The position numbers and the translations under genes were made by a program. Below the pieces are notes generated by a model, which was not told the DNA's origin, ran no database searches, and saw only the letters and a list, made by a program, of their open reading frames with translations. From contig NC_091980.1 in the NCBI RefSeq assembly GCF_044704955.1, positions 132,928,001 to 132,992,000 on the forward strand: a stretch of 64,000 nucleotides of DNA. Reading direction: 5' to 3'. This document shows, one piece after another, positions 13,054 to 25,719 of this stretch; position 1 is the first letter of the stretch, and every line of letters begins with the position of its first letter. This DNA comes from Pristiophorus japonicus (taxonomy: Eukaryota).

Positions 13054-13099
13054 ACTCCACCCCTGCACGCAGGTACCGAGCTTATTTTTTTCGAGGATC

Positions 13100-14698
13100 T
13101 CGGGTAATGCGCACTTCTTGATGGGGGGGCATGGGCAGGCAATAATGTGGAAGGCCCGGCTTGGGCCTCTTCAGAGGCTGGTCTGGGGATTGGAGTGCGA
13201 GTGGCAATTGATTCTGTGAATGGCTGTGGGGTCTGGGCGTGTTCCCTTATTGCAGCAACGAACTCCGACATTCTCTCCCTCATGTGCCCTGACAGGGTCT
13301 CAACTACCTGCGACATTCCCTCCCTCATGTTCATCAACATTGTATCAGCTGCCTGCAACATTCCCTCCCTCATGTGCCGAATAGTGTTCCCATTTCTCGT
13401 GAAAGTATTGTTACTTCTCCCGACAGTCCCGATACCTCTTCACCCACCCCACTGATGGTGTCCAGGAGTGATCGCGTAAGGTCAATGCTCTCCGCACTCA
13501 TTGCCATCATCTGAACCACACCTGTTAGATCCTGCACCTCAAGAGAGAGCTGTCGAGCTCTCCTTCCACTGCTCACCCTGGGTGTGGCTCGCTGCACCCC
13601 ACTGGATCCCGCAGCTTCGGACGGTGGGGCCCTGGGTGTGCCTTGCTGCACACCACTGGAATCCCCAGCCTCGGAGAAACCATGGAATGTTCCAACACTC
13701 GTACCACTCATTAAAGGGCCTGGCACCACAATCGGCAGTACCTGCACCTCCGCCAGAGTGGGTACAAGAGCGGGGGCTTCATCCATCCCCTTCCCCTACC
13801 CCTCCCCCTCACACCCATGCTCTTGGTCTGGAAGGTGGCACTGGAAGATGTTCTCTTAAGGCTCGTCCGTGTCTGAATCTTCTTCTGTATCGGCTTCAGC
13901 CTCATCAGGGTTGGCCGCAAGTTCTACAAAATATAACAGAATAGACAAATGATTAGCAGCAGAGGAAGGGGCAGGGTGACATGAGTAGGCTCACACAGTA
14001 CAGGCAGCAGGCTCATTTGAAGGACCACGATGAATGATAGCACATTACATTAACCGAAGCCTGACTGACAGAGATATCCCCATGAATCGAAGCATGGCTA
14101 GCCCGCGCAGCACTTAACATTTAGCAAAGCCAGACTGTAGAATTTGCAGGGATTACCCTCTCCATCAAGTGTGGGCCCAGCTTGTGCAGTGGTGGTTGCT
14201 TTTCTCCAGGCAGGACCCATCAAAGTAGCGACCCTGTCTTCCAAGGATGTCAGTGGGTGCAGATTTGCCGGGTCTCCTCCTGTTCGAGTTCTTTCCCTTT
14301 TGTTGTGTGCCACCTTCCTCTGCAGTGATGAAAATATAACTTTTTAGAGAGGGAATCTTTCTGCTGGGTGGGACATATACTGATGCTCACATTTACAATT
14401 GCAATTCCAGTGAATAAATGAAAATATTACTTACACTAACTACTTGACCAAGGTCCTGCTACTTCTTATTGCACTGGCCTCCAGAACTCGGGGTGGTCAC
14501 CATTGCACAGTAATCTTCTGCAAGTTGGTTCCAGTGTTTCTTCATTTCTTTTGGTGAAACTTTTATGTGACCTCTACTGGTGTCCAGCTCTTGCCATCTG
14601 GCCTCAATTACAGTAACTGGTGTCTCCACTTCATCCTGTGAGAAATTCTTGGTCTTTGAGCTATGTTGCATATTGTATTGCAGCTCCAATTTTTCCAC
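13100..14698 (-). pseudogene. Harbinger ORF2: Myb/SANT-like DNA-binding protein, apparently spliced, decayed
   Basis: KNFSQDEVETPVTVIEARW...WNQLA...QCNKK (Myb/SANT trihelix-like), then HNKRERTRTGG, then a low-complexity tail. Candidate GT/AG sites near 14434, 14321, 14157 and 13922. Confidence 0.75.
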
Positions 14699-15249
14699 TG
14701 AGAATTAAAGTTCTCACACACAACTGGCTCTTTAAAAATGGCTGAATGCAGACCGGGAGCTGTACTGGGCATACGCGTCTATTGCAGTCACGTAAAAAAC
14801 ATCATTTTTTTCCCGCGCATGTGCTGGGGGGAGCATCATTTTTTTCAGTGCAGACATTAAGCTCCACCCCCCTAAAGCTAAAGGACAGGCTGCGTGGCGC
14901 CAATTTCAAGAAATAGAACGGGGAAACTTGCAAGTTATTTTTTTTGTCCAGTCAGGGCCAAAAACAACTGGCGTAACTCTTGCAATACACCAAAAAACGG
15001 CATTGGGGAAAATTGAGCCCAATAACATGCAATGGCTGATGATGGCAATTTAATTGCACCCAATACAGTTCTCAGCTAAATTCCAGAAACTAACTTGTAA
15101 ACACTGGATTTTTACAGCTGCAGCATTAATATTTGAATCCATTCTCGGGGTGAAGGAGGGAAATAGAGATCTAGTTGGATTTGGACAGGATGATTGTTAT
15201 TTTATATCAAATGCAAAGTGGGACGAAATACAAATTGCTACATAATTTT

Positions 15250-15806
15250 CTGCTAGAAATACGTCGATTTTGCGACCGGGTTTTTGGTGCTATTTCACCC
15301 ATTTTGAAAAAACCCGCTGGCCGGGAAATTCGGTGACATTTTGCGGCAGCACTTTCCACGTACCGCTGGGCAGAGGAGCGCCGCTGTGCCAGACCCGATA
15401 TCGCATTTTCACCAAAAATGTGACTCCCTGTACCCGTATTCTGTGCTCAAAATACCGATGAGGAAAAACCTATCATAGCAGCCCTGCCAGCATCGGTAAG
15501 TATGAAGACCTGCAAAAAGGCAAGTTAAAGTTTTTATTTTTTAATTCTTTTTCAATGATTTGATAGATAAGTGTCTTGTAAATGTTGTGAGTTTTTTCTT
15601 TTTCCAATTTATTTTTTGGTCGTTTTCCACCGTCCCAAGGCCAGCCTCAGACTGAAGTTGGCGAGGATCGCAGTTTGCGCCATGAATCCTCGTGCAACGC
15701 CAATTTTAACCGATGAGAAATTACATTTCCGATCTGCTAGCGATGCGAAAATGGTCATTTTGCCTAAAAAAAAAAGAGTTTTTGCTGAAACGTGAATTTC
15801 TAGCCC
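15250..15806. mobile_element. MITE (right TIR GAATTTCTAGCCC; degenerate left TIR GCTAGAAAT)
   Basis: Inverted termini. Absent from the paralogous sequence near 45738. Confidence 0.65.
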
Positions 15807-16519
15807 ATTTGTTTATGAATTGAGGGATTTGGCTTTCGGGCCCAGAATGGGGTGCGGGGGTGGGGCAAATGATTTTCCAGAGAAATGTGTTGAACTTTTT
15901 GGGACTTTTGATTTGTGCATTTCATGAAATACATTTACTCCTTCCCGAAACGATATATTTTGTTGGAATAGGACACATATATTCCTTCTATACGTTTCTC
16001 ACGTGAGCCTAGGTCGTGCTATTCGATCATGTTGGGAGCGGGGGGAAGAGAAGCTGGCCCAGAACCATGGGAACGAGAGAATCCACACTAACCAATGAAG
16101 CGGGGTCAGCAAGCTGATGTCACTAACATTTTCCCTCCTCACCCAATTGTAGTCCCCGGAGTTCAATGTACTCATAGATTGGTCTGTACAGCAGTTTCTG
16201 CTATACAGAAAGTCTACAGCAGCAGTGGTGAGTTCCATCACTGAATTACCTGCAGTAATAACTGAACAGGATTTATAGCAACAACTTAATACAAATAGCT
16301 CTTCTCAGGGCAGATACACTTAATAGAATGCTACAGACCCAAAGCTAGAAAGGGGAATTAGACTGGATAGCTCGTGGTGGACTGGCATGGACACAGTGGG
16401 CAAAAATGGCCACCTTCCACACTAAATTTCTATGATTCTGTAATCCAGGACTTCACGAAAATAAAATGGCACAATTGAGTGCCCAGAAGACATGCCCTGT
16501 ATTGAGTTGCCATTTATGA

Positions 16520-16541
16520 AAGAAAGTGAGAGAGAGAAAGT

Positions 16542-16610
<69 letters not shown>
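16520..16610. repeat. (GA)n microsatellite
   Basis: Long AG dinucleotide run. Confidence 0.95.
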
Positions 16611-17159
16611 TCGTGGGAACGGTATTTTTATTTAGCTGTCAAGACCCTATCCTCCAAGTTATCGCTCTAAACCTTACCACCACGAGGACACTCCTTAACC
16701 CCAACCTTGACCATCCTTTGTCACTCAATCAATTGTCTGAACGCCCCAAACCCCCTCCCCTCCCCTCAATGTTTCAGGTCTTACAAACAAGTCTGAATAT
16801 CCCAGTCAATATATTGCCATTACAACCGAGGAAAAACAAACTTCATAGGACTAAATCCCATAACACTGTTGCACAGCTCAGTGTAATTCTTATTTTATGT
16901 AAACCACATAATGTTGATTGATTGAATGGTTGCTTATTTTTCAAACATGCGAAAGAGACAAAACCCAGTACAATGTTGAATAGTTTATTTACAGTTATGT
17001 TACATTTCACATCAGAATCTCAGGTCTCACAGCTTCTTGTAAAAAGTCACAAATCATCATTTCCTATAGGATTGGGGGTGGGGGGGGGGGGAATGTTGGG
17101 GGGGTAGGGCAATTATATAAATACAAGTACTAAACAATAAGCTTGATCCAATAGTCAGT

Positions 17160-18907
17160 TTAGTCACTCTCCCCCAGGGAGAGCTTGTCAAAAGGTACTC
17201 TCCCAGGCCATTCTCAGGGGCTCCCAGTCTCTTCAGGTTGGTGATGTGATCACCAAGCTTCTTGATCATCTTCACTTGTTCATCCTAGTAGTGGGTCTCC
17301 AGGAAGTCACACAACTGAAAGAGGGAAACTAGTTACATCCCGCAGAAAATATCAAGGAATGTCAGCTTCCCCTTCAGAGTTTGATTTTAATGCCCTTGAA
17401 CTGGAGGATAATCAAGTGGTGCAATTGAGATTGATGGAATTACTGCATCATTAGATTAAACTTACTGCACAATAGGTGTTGAGATCCTGCGATCACAGAC
17501 ACATTTACTAGTTGCTGTCTACAGTAGGCCAACTTCCCACGTCCCTTCCCACTGCTCCCCAACATAAAATGGAGACACACCAACACAAAGCTATTGGGCA
17601 TGCAGATCTTTTAATTAGGCTTAAGGACAACAAGGTTTCACAGTCTCAGCCCAAATTAAATTATTAAGAACTTACATGAGGGTCTGTCCTCCCAGTGGCA
17701 AGTTTGTGCAGATCCAGCAGACTCTGGTTCACGTTCTTCTCCATCTGCAGAGCTCTCTGCATCACCTCCAGACCATTGCTCCACTCATCCTGCTCTGGTT
17801 TCTGGAAAGAAAGAAAACTCTATTAGTTCACCAACACCAGATTAAATAAACATTTCAATCAAAGTCTACGTTTCCATGAACCTATTTGCTAGAATATAAA
17901 ATTGCCATTAACCTATAACAAGCACTAGAGTCATATTGATAAGACAAATAGCTTGGATGTATTTAAGGGAAAGCACATGGGGAGAAAGGAATAGAACAAT
18001 ATGCTGATCGGGTTAGAGGAAGCATGGTCGTGTGGAATATAAAAACCAGCACAGTCCAGCTTGGCTAAATGGCTTGTGTGCTGTAAATTGGAACCAATTT
18101 TTTGACAATGTAATGGGAACATTCAGTCTAATGGGAGCCAGACAGAAGGCTACTCCTTTATTGAATCCAACGTTAATATCCGCCAAGATGATCCGTCCTC
18201 CATGCCGATTCTGGAATTTCATCAGTCTCAGCATGCTCACGTTCCTCGTGTGACTGCTCCTTGAAGAACTCCGAAAACTGACGCAGGGCAACAGCATTAC
18301 CACGTGTACTATACATAATATCACCTCAATATTGTGCTTTCTTTCAAGGGTTCAAAGTCTCACTAAACTTGTATGTTCATACCCGATGCAATAATAAACC
18401 TTGGCCCAACATCAATGACTTTTTTTGCTAGGGGGTGGCGGGGGAGGAGGAGGAATGGAACGGGAAAGAAAGGTGTTGCAGATTTCCACCATACTTTCAG
18501 GAAATAATACTTCCTGACTTGCCCCCTAAATAGACTAGTTCTAATTTTAAGATTACATCCCCTCATTGCAAAGGTAAAGTAGAGAAAGTCCATGGAGTTA
18601 TTTAGAATGAGGATACAAATACTGAATTTCATGCATTAAGTGCAGAATGTATTCCAAATAAACTTCAACAAGCTCAAGAGAGCTCAGGAAAGTGACGCAT
18701 TAAGATGCAAGATACTCAGAATCGGTGGGCTGGATATAACACAGAATTTCGTAAATTCACATTACATCATCTCCATTGTGAAGTGGTCAAAAATACAAAA
18801 CTCAGCATAGAGAGATAAACATGGGAGGAATAGAGCTGCATGTTCATCTGCTTGTTGACAGCATCCTCGCAGTCCTGGTGGTAGTTCTGATGCACTTGAG
18901 AAACCAT
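17160..18907 (-). pseudogene. Ferritin heavy-type pseudogene, copy B
   Basis: Exon 1 (18907-18806) has the first ferroxidase Glu changed to Gln (MNMQLY) and its donor changed GT>CT. The exon 2 acceptor and 5' end are deleted, with a further 2-nt deletion. Exon 3 (17801-17676) is open. Exon 4 has a TAG (THY*) and a 1-nt deletion. The TATA box is mutated to TTTAAA. Confidence 0.92.
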
Positions 18908-19261
18908 TTTGATTATTTTTCACAAATCTAAACTTTGTTGAAGCAACAAGTTGAAATTTAACTAACATCAAACTCCTGTATTTAAACTGCTGGATAATCC
19001 AAGGCGTGGCAGCCTAGAGGATGAGTGACAGTCCTCAATACCCAATCAGAAGTTGTTGTCTCTCAGAGCACCAATCAACTAAAGGGAGGAGGGGGATGGA
19101 CTCCCAGAGCCAGTCAGATGTTTGAGCAATGAGCATCATTGGCTGACAACTCAATGAGGATCTCAATTGTCCTAACTTTCCTCAAACACAGTTCAGAAAT
19201 TCAGCATCACAGGTTTAAATGAATCTTCTACTCTTTGGGCTAATCAAGTGTGAAAAACTTA

Positions 19262-19402
19262 TAAGTGCCCCTTTATGAGGGGGAATAAACAATATGTTCC
19301 TAATCTGAGAAAACTAACATAAAAACTCAAGTCCCTCTCGTGCCCACTGACCACGGAAAGCCTCAATCATACAACAAGCACCGCGTGCTCCCTCTCCAGG
19401 GA
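19262..19402 (-). mobile_element. Tx1-like LINE 3' remnant upstream of the ferritin B promoter
   Basis: Similar to the longer remnants at 26935-27350 and 31085-31375, including the gtgcccc...ggggg tail motif. Confidence 0.5.
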
Positions 19403-22400
19403 CATAGAAACATAGAAACATAGAAATATAGAAAATAGGTGCAGGAGTAGGCCATTTGGCCCTTTGAGCCTGCATCACCATTCAATAAGATCATGGCTGA
19501 TCATTCCGTCAGTACCCCTTTCCTGCTTTCTCTCCATACCCCTTGATCCCTTTAGCCGTAAGAGCCATATCTAACTCTCTCTTCAATATATCTAATGAAC
19601 TGGCATCAACAACTCTGCGGTAGGGAAATCCACAGGTTAACAACTCTCTGAGTGAAGAAGTTTCTTCTCATCACAGTCCTAAATGGCCTACCCCTTATCC
19701 TAAGACTGTGTTCCCTGGTTCTAGATTTCCCCATCATTGGGAACATTCTTCCCGCATCTAGCCTGTCCAGTCCCATCAGTTTCTATGAGATCCCCTCTCA
19801 TCCTTCTAAACTCCAGTGTATAAAGGCCCAGTTGTTCCAGTCTCTCCTCATATGTCAGTTCCGCCATCCCAGGAATCAGTCTGGTGAACCTTCGCTGCAG
19901 TCCCTCAATAGCAAGAATGTCATTCCTCAGATTAGGAGACCAAACCTGAACACAATATTCCAGGTGAGGCCTCACCAAGGCCCTATACAACTGCAGTAAG
20001 ACCTCCCTGCTCCTATACTCACATTCCCTAGCTATGAAGGCCAACATACCATTTGCCTTCTTCACCGCCTGCTGTACCTGCATGCCAACTTTCAATGAGT
20101 GATGAACCATGACACCCAAGTCTCGTTGCACCTCCCCCTTTCCTAATCTGCCTCCATTCAGATAATATTCGACCATCGTGTGTTTGCCCCCAAAGTGGAT
20201 AACCTCACATTTATTTACATTATACTGCATCTGCCATGCATTTGCTCAGTCACCTAACCTGTCCAAGTCACCCTGCAGCCTTTTAGCGACCTCCTCATAG
20301 CTCACACAGCCACCCAGTTTAGTGTCATCTGCAAACTTGGCGATATTACATTCAATTCCTTCATCTAAATCATTAATGTATATTGTAAGCAGCTGGGGTC
20401 CCAGCACTGAGCCCTGCGGCACTCCACTAGTCACTGCCTGCCATTCTGAAAAGGACCCATTTATCCCAACTCTCTGCTTCCTGTCTGCCAACTAATTCTC
20501 TATCCACGTCAGTACATTACCCCTAATATCATGTGCTTTGATTTTGCACACCAATTTCTTGTGTGGGACCTTGTCAAAAGCCTTTTGAAAGTCCAAATAC
20601 ACCACATCCACTGGTTCTCCCTTGTCCACTCTAGTAGTTACATCCTCAGAAAATTCCAGAAGATTTGTCAAGCATGATTTCCCTTTCATAAATCCATGCT
20701 GACTTGGACCAATCCTGTCACTGCTTTCCAAATGTGCTGCTATTTCATCTTTAATAATTCATTCCAACATTTTCCCCACTACTGATGTCAGGTTAACCGG
20801 TCTATAATTACACATTTTTTCTCTCCCACCTTTTTAAAAAAGTGGTGTTACATCAGCTACCCTCCAATCCATAGGAACTGATCCAGAGTCGATAGACTGT
20901 TGGAAAATGATCACCAATGCATCCACTATTTCCATGGCCACTTCCTTAAGTACTCGAGGATGCAGACTATCAGGCCCCGGGGATTTATTGCCTTCAATCC
21001 CATCAATTTTCCGAATACAATTTCCCGCCTAATAATCAGTTCCTCCTTCTCATTAGACCGTCAGTTCCCTAGTAATTCCGGAAGGTTATTGGTGTCTTCC
21101 TTTGTGAAGATAGAACCAAAGTAATTGTTCAACTGGTCTGCCATTTCTTTGTTCCCCATTATAAATTCACCTGAATCTGACTGCAAGGGACCCACATTTG
21201 TCTTCACTAATCTTTTTCTCTTTAGATATCTATAGAAGCTTTTGCAGTCAGTTTTTATGTTTTCGGAGGCTTCCTCTCATACTCTATTTCCCCCCTCTGA
21301 ATTAAACATTTTGTCTTTGTTTCTATGTCCTCCTCTGCTGAATTCTCAATTACTCCCAGTCCTCAGGTTTGCTGCTTTTTCTGGTCAATTTATATGCCTC
21401 TTCCTTGGATTTAACACTATCGTTAATTTCTTCTGTTAGCCACGGTTGAGCCACCTTCCCCGTTTTATTTTTACTCCAGACAGGGATGTAAAATTGTTGA
21501 AGTTCATCCATGTGATCTTTAAATGTTTGCCTTTGCCTATCCAAAGTCAACCCTTTAAGTAACATTTGGCAGTCTATTCTCGCAAATTCACGCCTCATAC
21601 CATTGAAGTTACCTTTCCTTAAGTTCAGGACCCTTGTCTCTGAATTTGTCACTGTGTCACTCTCCATCTTAATAAAGAATTCTACCATATTATCGTCACT
21701 CTTCCCCAAGGGGCATCCCACAACAAGATTGCTAATTAATCCTTTCTCATTACACATCAACCAGTCTAGGATGGCTAGCCCTCTAGTTGGTTCCTCAACA
21801 TATTGGTCCAGAAAACCATCCCTAATACACTCCAGGAAATCCTCCTCCACCGTTTTGCTACCAGTTTGGTTAGTCCAATCTATCTGTAGATTAAAGTCGT
21901 ACCATGATAACTGCTGTACCTTTATTGCACGCATCCCTAATTTCTTGTTTGATGCTGTCCCCAACCTCACTACTATTGTTTGGTGGTCTGTACACAACTC
22001 CCACTAGCGTTTTCTGCCCTTTGGTATTCCGCAGCTCCACCCATACCGATTCCACATCATTCAAGCTATTGTCCTTGCTTACTATTATGTTAATTTCCTC
22101 TTTAACCAGCAACGCGACCCCACCTCATTTTCCTTTCTGTCTATCCTTCCTGAATGTTGAATACCCCTGGATGTTGTGTTCCGAGCCTTGGTCACCCTGG
22201 AGCCATGTCTCCGTGATGCCAATTATATCATATTCATTAATTGCTGGCAGTGCAGATAATTCATCCATCTTATTAAGAATACTCCTCGAATTGAGGCACA
22301 GAGCCTTCAGTCTTAACTTTTTAACACACTTTGCCTTTTTGGAATTTTGTTGTAATGTGGCCCCTTTTGAATTTTGCATGGGGTTTCTCTGCCCACCATG

Positions 22401-23740
22401 TTTACTTTTCTTCTTTCTATCTTTTGCTTCTGCCTCCATTCTACTTCCCTCTGTCTCCCTGCATAGGTTCCCATCCCCCTGCCATATTAGTTTAACTCCT
22501 CCCCAACAGCACTAGCAAACACTCCCCCTAGGACATTGGTCCCGGTCCTGCACAGGTGCAGACCGTCCCGTTTGTACTGGTCCCAACTCCCCCAAAACCG
22601 GTTCCAATGTCCCAGGAATTTGAATCCCTCTCTTCTGCACCACTCCTCAAGCCACGTATTTATCTGAGCTATCCTGCGATTCCTACTCTGACTAGCACGT
22701 GGCACTGGAAGCAATCCTGAGATTACTACCTTTGAGATCCTACTTTTTAATTTAACTCCTATCTCCTTAAATTCATCTTGTAGGACCTCATCTCGTTTGT
22801 TACCTATATCATTGGTACCTAGATGCACCACGACAACTGGCTGTTCACCCTCCTGCTCCAAAATGTCCTGCAACCGCTCTGAGACATCCTTGACCCTTGC
22901 ACCAGGGAGGAAACATAACATCCTAGAGTCTCGATTGCGGCCACAGAAACATCTATCTATTCCCCTTACAATAAAATCCCCTACCATTATTGCCCTTCCA
23001 CTCTTTTTCCTGCCCTCCTGTACAGCAGAGCCACCCACGGTGCCATTGTCTTGGCTGCTGCTGCCTTCCGCTGATGAGTGATCCCCCCCAACCATACCCA
23101 AAACGATGTATCTGTTTTGGTGGGGGATGACCGCAGGAGACCTCTGCACTAGCTTCCTTCCACTGCTCTCCCTGTTGGTCATCCATTCCCTCTGTGACTG
23201 TGTATCTTTTACCAGCTGTCTGACCAACTCACTAAACGTGCTATTCACGATATCGCGGATGCTCCAGAGTGAATCCACCTGCAGTTCCAGTGCCGCAATG
23301 CAGTCTGTCAGGAGTTGCAGCAGGACACACTTCCCGCACTTGTCGTCGTCAAGGACACTGGAAGTGTCCGAGTTCCAACATAACACAGGAGGAGCATAAC
23401 ACGTGTCCGAGCTCTCCTGCGATGACTTAACCCCTAGATTGACTTAAATTGGTAACAACAATGATAAAGCTTACCTACTGATAAGGAAAATAAAAGAAAA
23501 ACTACTCACCAATCACCAGCCAAACACTTACCCTCTTGGCTGTAACGTCACCTTTCGATTTCCTTCTACTTCTTTGTTTACCTCCTGCCCCTGCTGCAGC
23601 TGCACCGGCTGAGCCTCTCTGACTGCCTCACCGGCTGGCCTCCTCCTCAAACTCCCGCCTCCTGTTCGATCTCCCCGGACTCCCGACTGTTGGGCCTTTA
23701 TAGGCCGCTGGCTGTTTGAACTCCCGCCTGCTCGAACTCC
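19403..23740 (-). mobile_element. Near full-length CR1 LINE: ORF1 (zinc finger plus SGNH esterase) and ORF2 (APE-RT), decayed
   Basis: ORF1 (23386-22487): CGKC, VGDFIVRG, PGARV, HLGTND, DGLHL. ORF2: [40 protein letters not shown]. (TTTCTATG)n tail at 19403-19435. Confidence 0.95.
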
Positions 23741-23902
23741 TGTGTGACCTTAGTCTTTTATTGCTGGTGTGCCGAGTGCCTCTCCAACCTGTGATGACTT
23801 CTTAAATACCTGTGCTCCCAAGGGACTATGGGGTCCCTTGGGACTCTGGGGAATGAGCCGTCTGGGAGCAGTACAGAGGAAATATAAGTCCACATATATA
23901 AC
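23741..23902 (-). mobile_element. Gypsy-type LTR fragment
   Basis: Resembles the 212-bp LTR family (gtgaccttagtc...gtgctcccaaggga...tataaca). Confidence 0.6.
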
Positions 23903-25716
23903 AGGTATATAAAATGGAAAAGAGTGGCTAAAGTAAATGTTGGTCCTGTAGAGGACGAGACAGGGGAATTAGTAATGGGGAACATGAAGATGTCAGAAAC
24001 TGAACAAATATTTTGTATCAGTCTTTACGGTAGAGGACACTAACAATATCCCAACAGTGGATAGTCAAGGGGCTATATTCGGGGAGGAACTTAACACAAT
24101 CACTAAGGAGATGGTACTCAGTAAGATAATGGGACTAAAGGCAGATAAATCCCATGGACCTCAAGGCTTGTATCTTAGCGTTTTAAGAAAAGTAGTGGCA
24201 GGGAGTGTGGAGACATTGGTTGTAATTTACCAAAATTCCCTGGAGTCTTGAAAGGTCCCAGCAGATTGGAAAACTGCAAATGTAACGCCCCTATGTAAAA
24301 AAAGAGGCAGACAAAGAGGAGGAAACTATAGACCAGTTAGCCTAACATCTGTGGTTGGGAAAATGTTGGAGTCCATTATTAAAGAAGCAGTATTAGGACA
24401 TTTGGAAAAGCAAAATTCGGTCCGGCAGAGTCAGCATGGATTTATGAAGGGGAAATCATGTTTGATAAATTTGCTGAATTCTTTGAGGATTTAACGAACA
24501 GGGTGGATAAAGGGGAACCAGTGGACGTGGTGTATTTGAACTTCCAGAAGGCATTTGACAAGGTGTCACTAAAAAGGTTACTGCACAAGATAAAAGTTCA
24601 TCGGGTTGGGGGTAATATATTAGCATGGATAGATGATTGGCTAACCAACAGAAAACAGAGAGTCAGGATAAATGGTTCATTCTCTGGTTGGCAACCAGTA
24701 ACTAGTGGGGTGCCGCAGGGATCAGTGCTGGGACCCCAACTATTTGCAATCTATATTAACGACTTGGAAGAAGGGACTGAGTGTAACGTAGCCAAGTTTT
24801 CTGATGATACAAAGATGGGAGGAAAAGCAATGTGTGAGGAGGACACAAAAAATCTGCAAAAGGACGTAGGCAGGCTCAGTGAGTGGGCCAAAATTTGGCA
24901 GATGGAATATAATGTTGGAAAGTGTGAGGTCATGTACGTTGGCAGAAAAAAATCAAAGTACAAGTCATTATTTAAGTGGGGAATGATTGCAAAGTGCTGC
25001 AATACAACGGGACCTGGGGGGTACTTGTGCATGAAACACAAAAGGATAGTATGCAGGTACAGCAAGTGACCAGGAAGGCCAATGGAATCTTGGCCTTTAT
25101 TGCAAACGGGATGGAGTATAAAAGCAGGGAAGTCATGCTACAGCTATGCAGGATATTGGTGAGGCCACACCTGGAATACTGCGTGCAGTTTTCATTTCCA
25201 TATTTACTTTGGAGGCAGTTCAGAGAGGGTTCACTAGGTTGATTCCAGAGATGAGGGGGTTGACTTATGAGCAGGTTGGGCCTCTACTCATTGGAATTCA
25301 GAAGAATGAGAGGTGATCTTATCAAAACAGATAAGATTATGAGGGGGCTTGACAAGGTGGATGCAGAAAGGATGTTTCCATTGAGGAGGGAGACTAGAAC
25401 TAGAGGTCGTGAACTTAGAATAAGGGGACGCCCATTTAAAACTGAGAGGAGGAGAAATTTCTTCTCTTAGAGGGTTGTAGATCTGTGGAATGCACTGCCT
25501 CAGAGAACTGTGGAAGTTGGGACATTGAATAAATGTTGAGACAGAAATAGACAGTTTCTTAAACAATAAGGGGATAAGGGGTTATGGGGAGCAGTCTGGG
25601 AAGTGGAGATGAGTCCATGATCAGATCAGCCATGATCTTATTGAATGGCGGAGCAGGCTCGGGGGCCATATGGCCTACTCCTGTCTCTATTTCTTATGTT
25701 CTTATGTTCTTATGTA
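23903..25716 (+). mobile_element. CR1 LINE, 5'-truncated (RT and 3' end)
   Basis: [28 protein letters not shown] and FSDDTK motifs, with a (TTCTTATG)n tail. Confidence 0.92.
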
Positions 25717-25719
25717 AGT

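Larger units (their letters stand above)
5289..15020. mobile_element. PIF/Harbinger-superfamily DNA transposon (decayed autonomous element) with nested Gypsy and CR1 insertions
   Basis: TIRs GGGCTCAATTTTCTCCA and TGGGGAAAATTGAGCCC (16/17 match), flanked by ATT and AAT. Contains convergent transposase and Myb/SANT ORFs. Confidence 0.9.

Noticed and set aside
22487-23386. 299-aa SGNH-hydrolase-like ORF as a novel enzyme gene
   Set aside because: It is the known esterase-containing ORF1 of a CR1 LINE, directly upstream of APE-RT.
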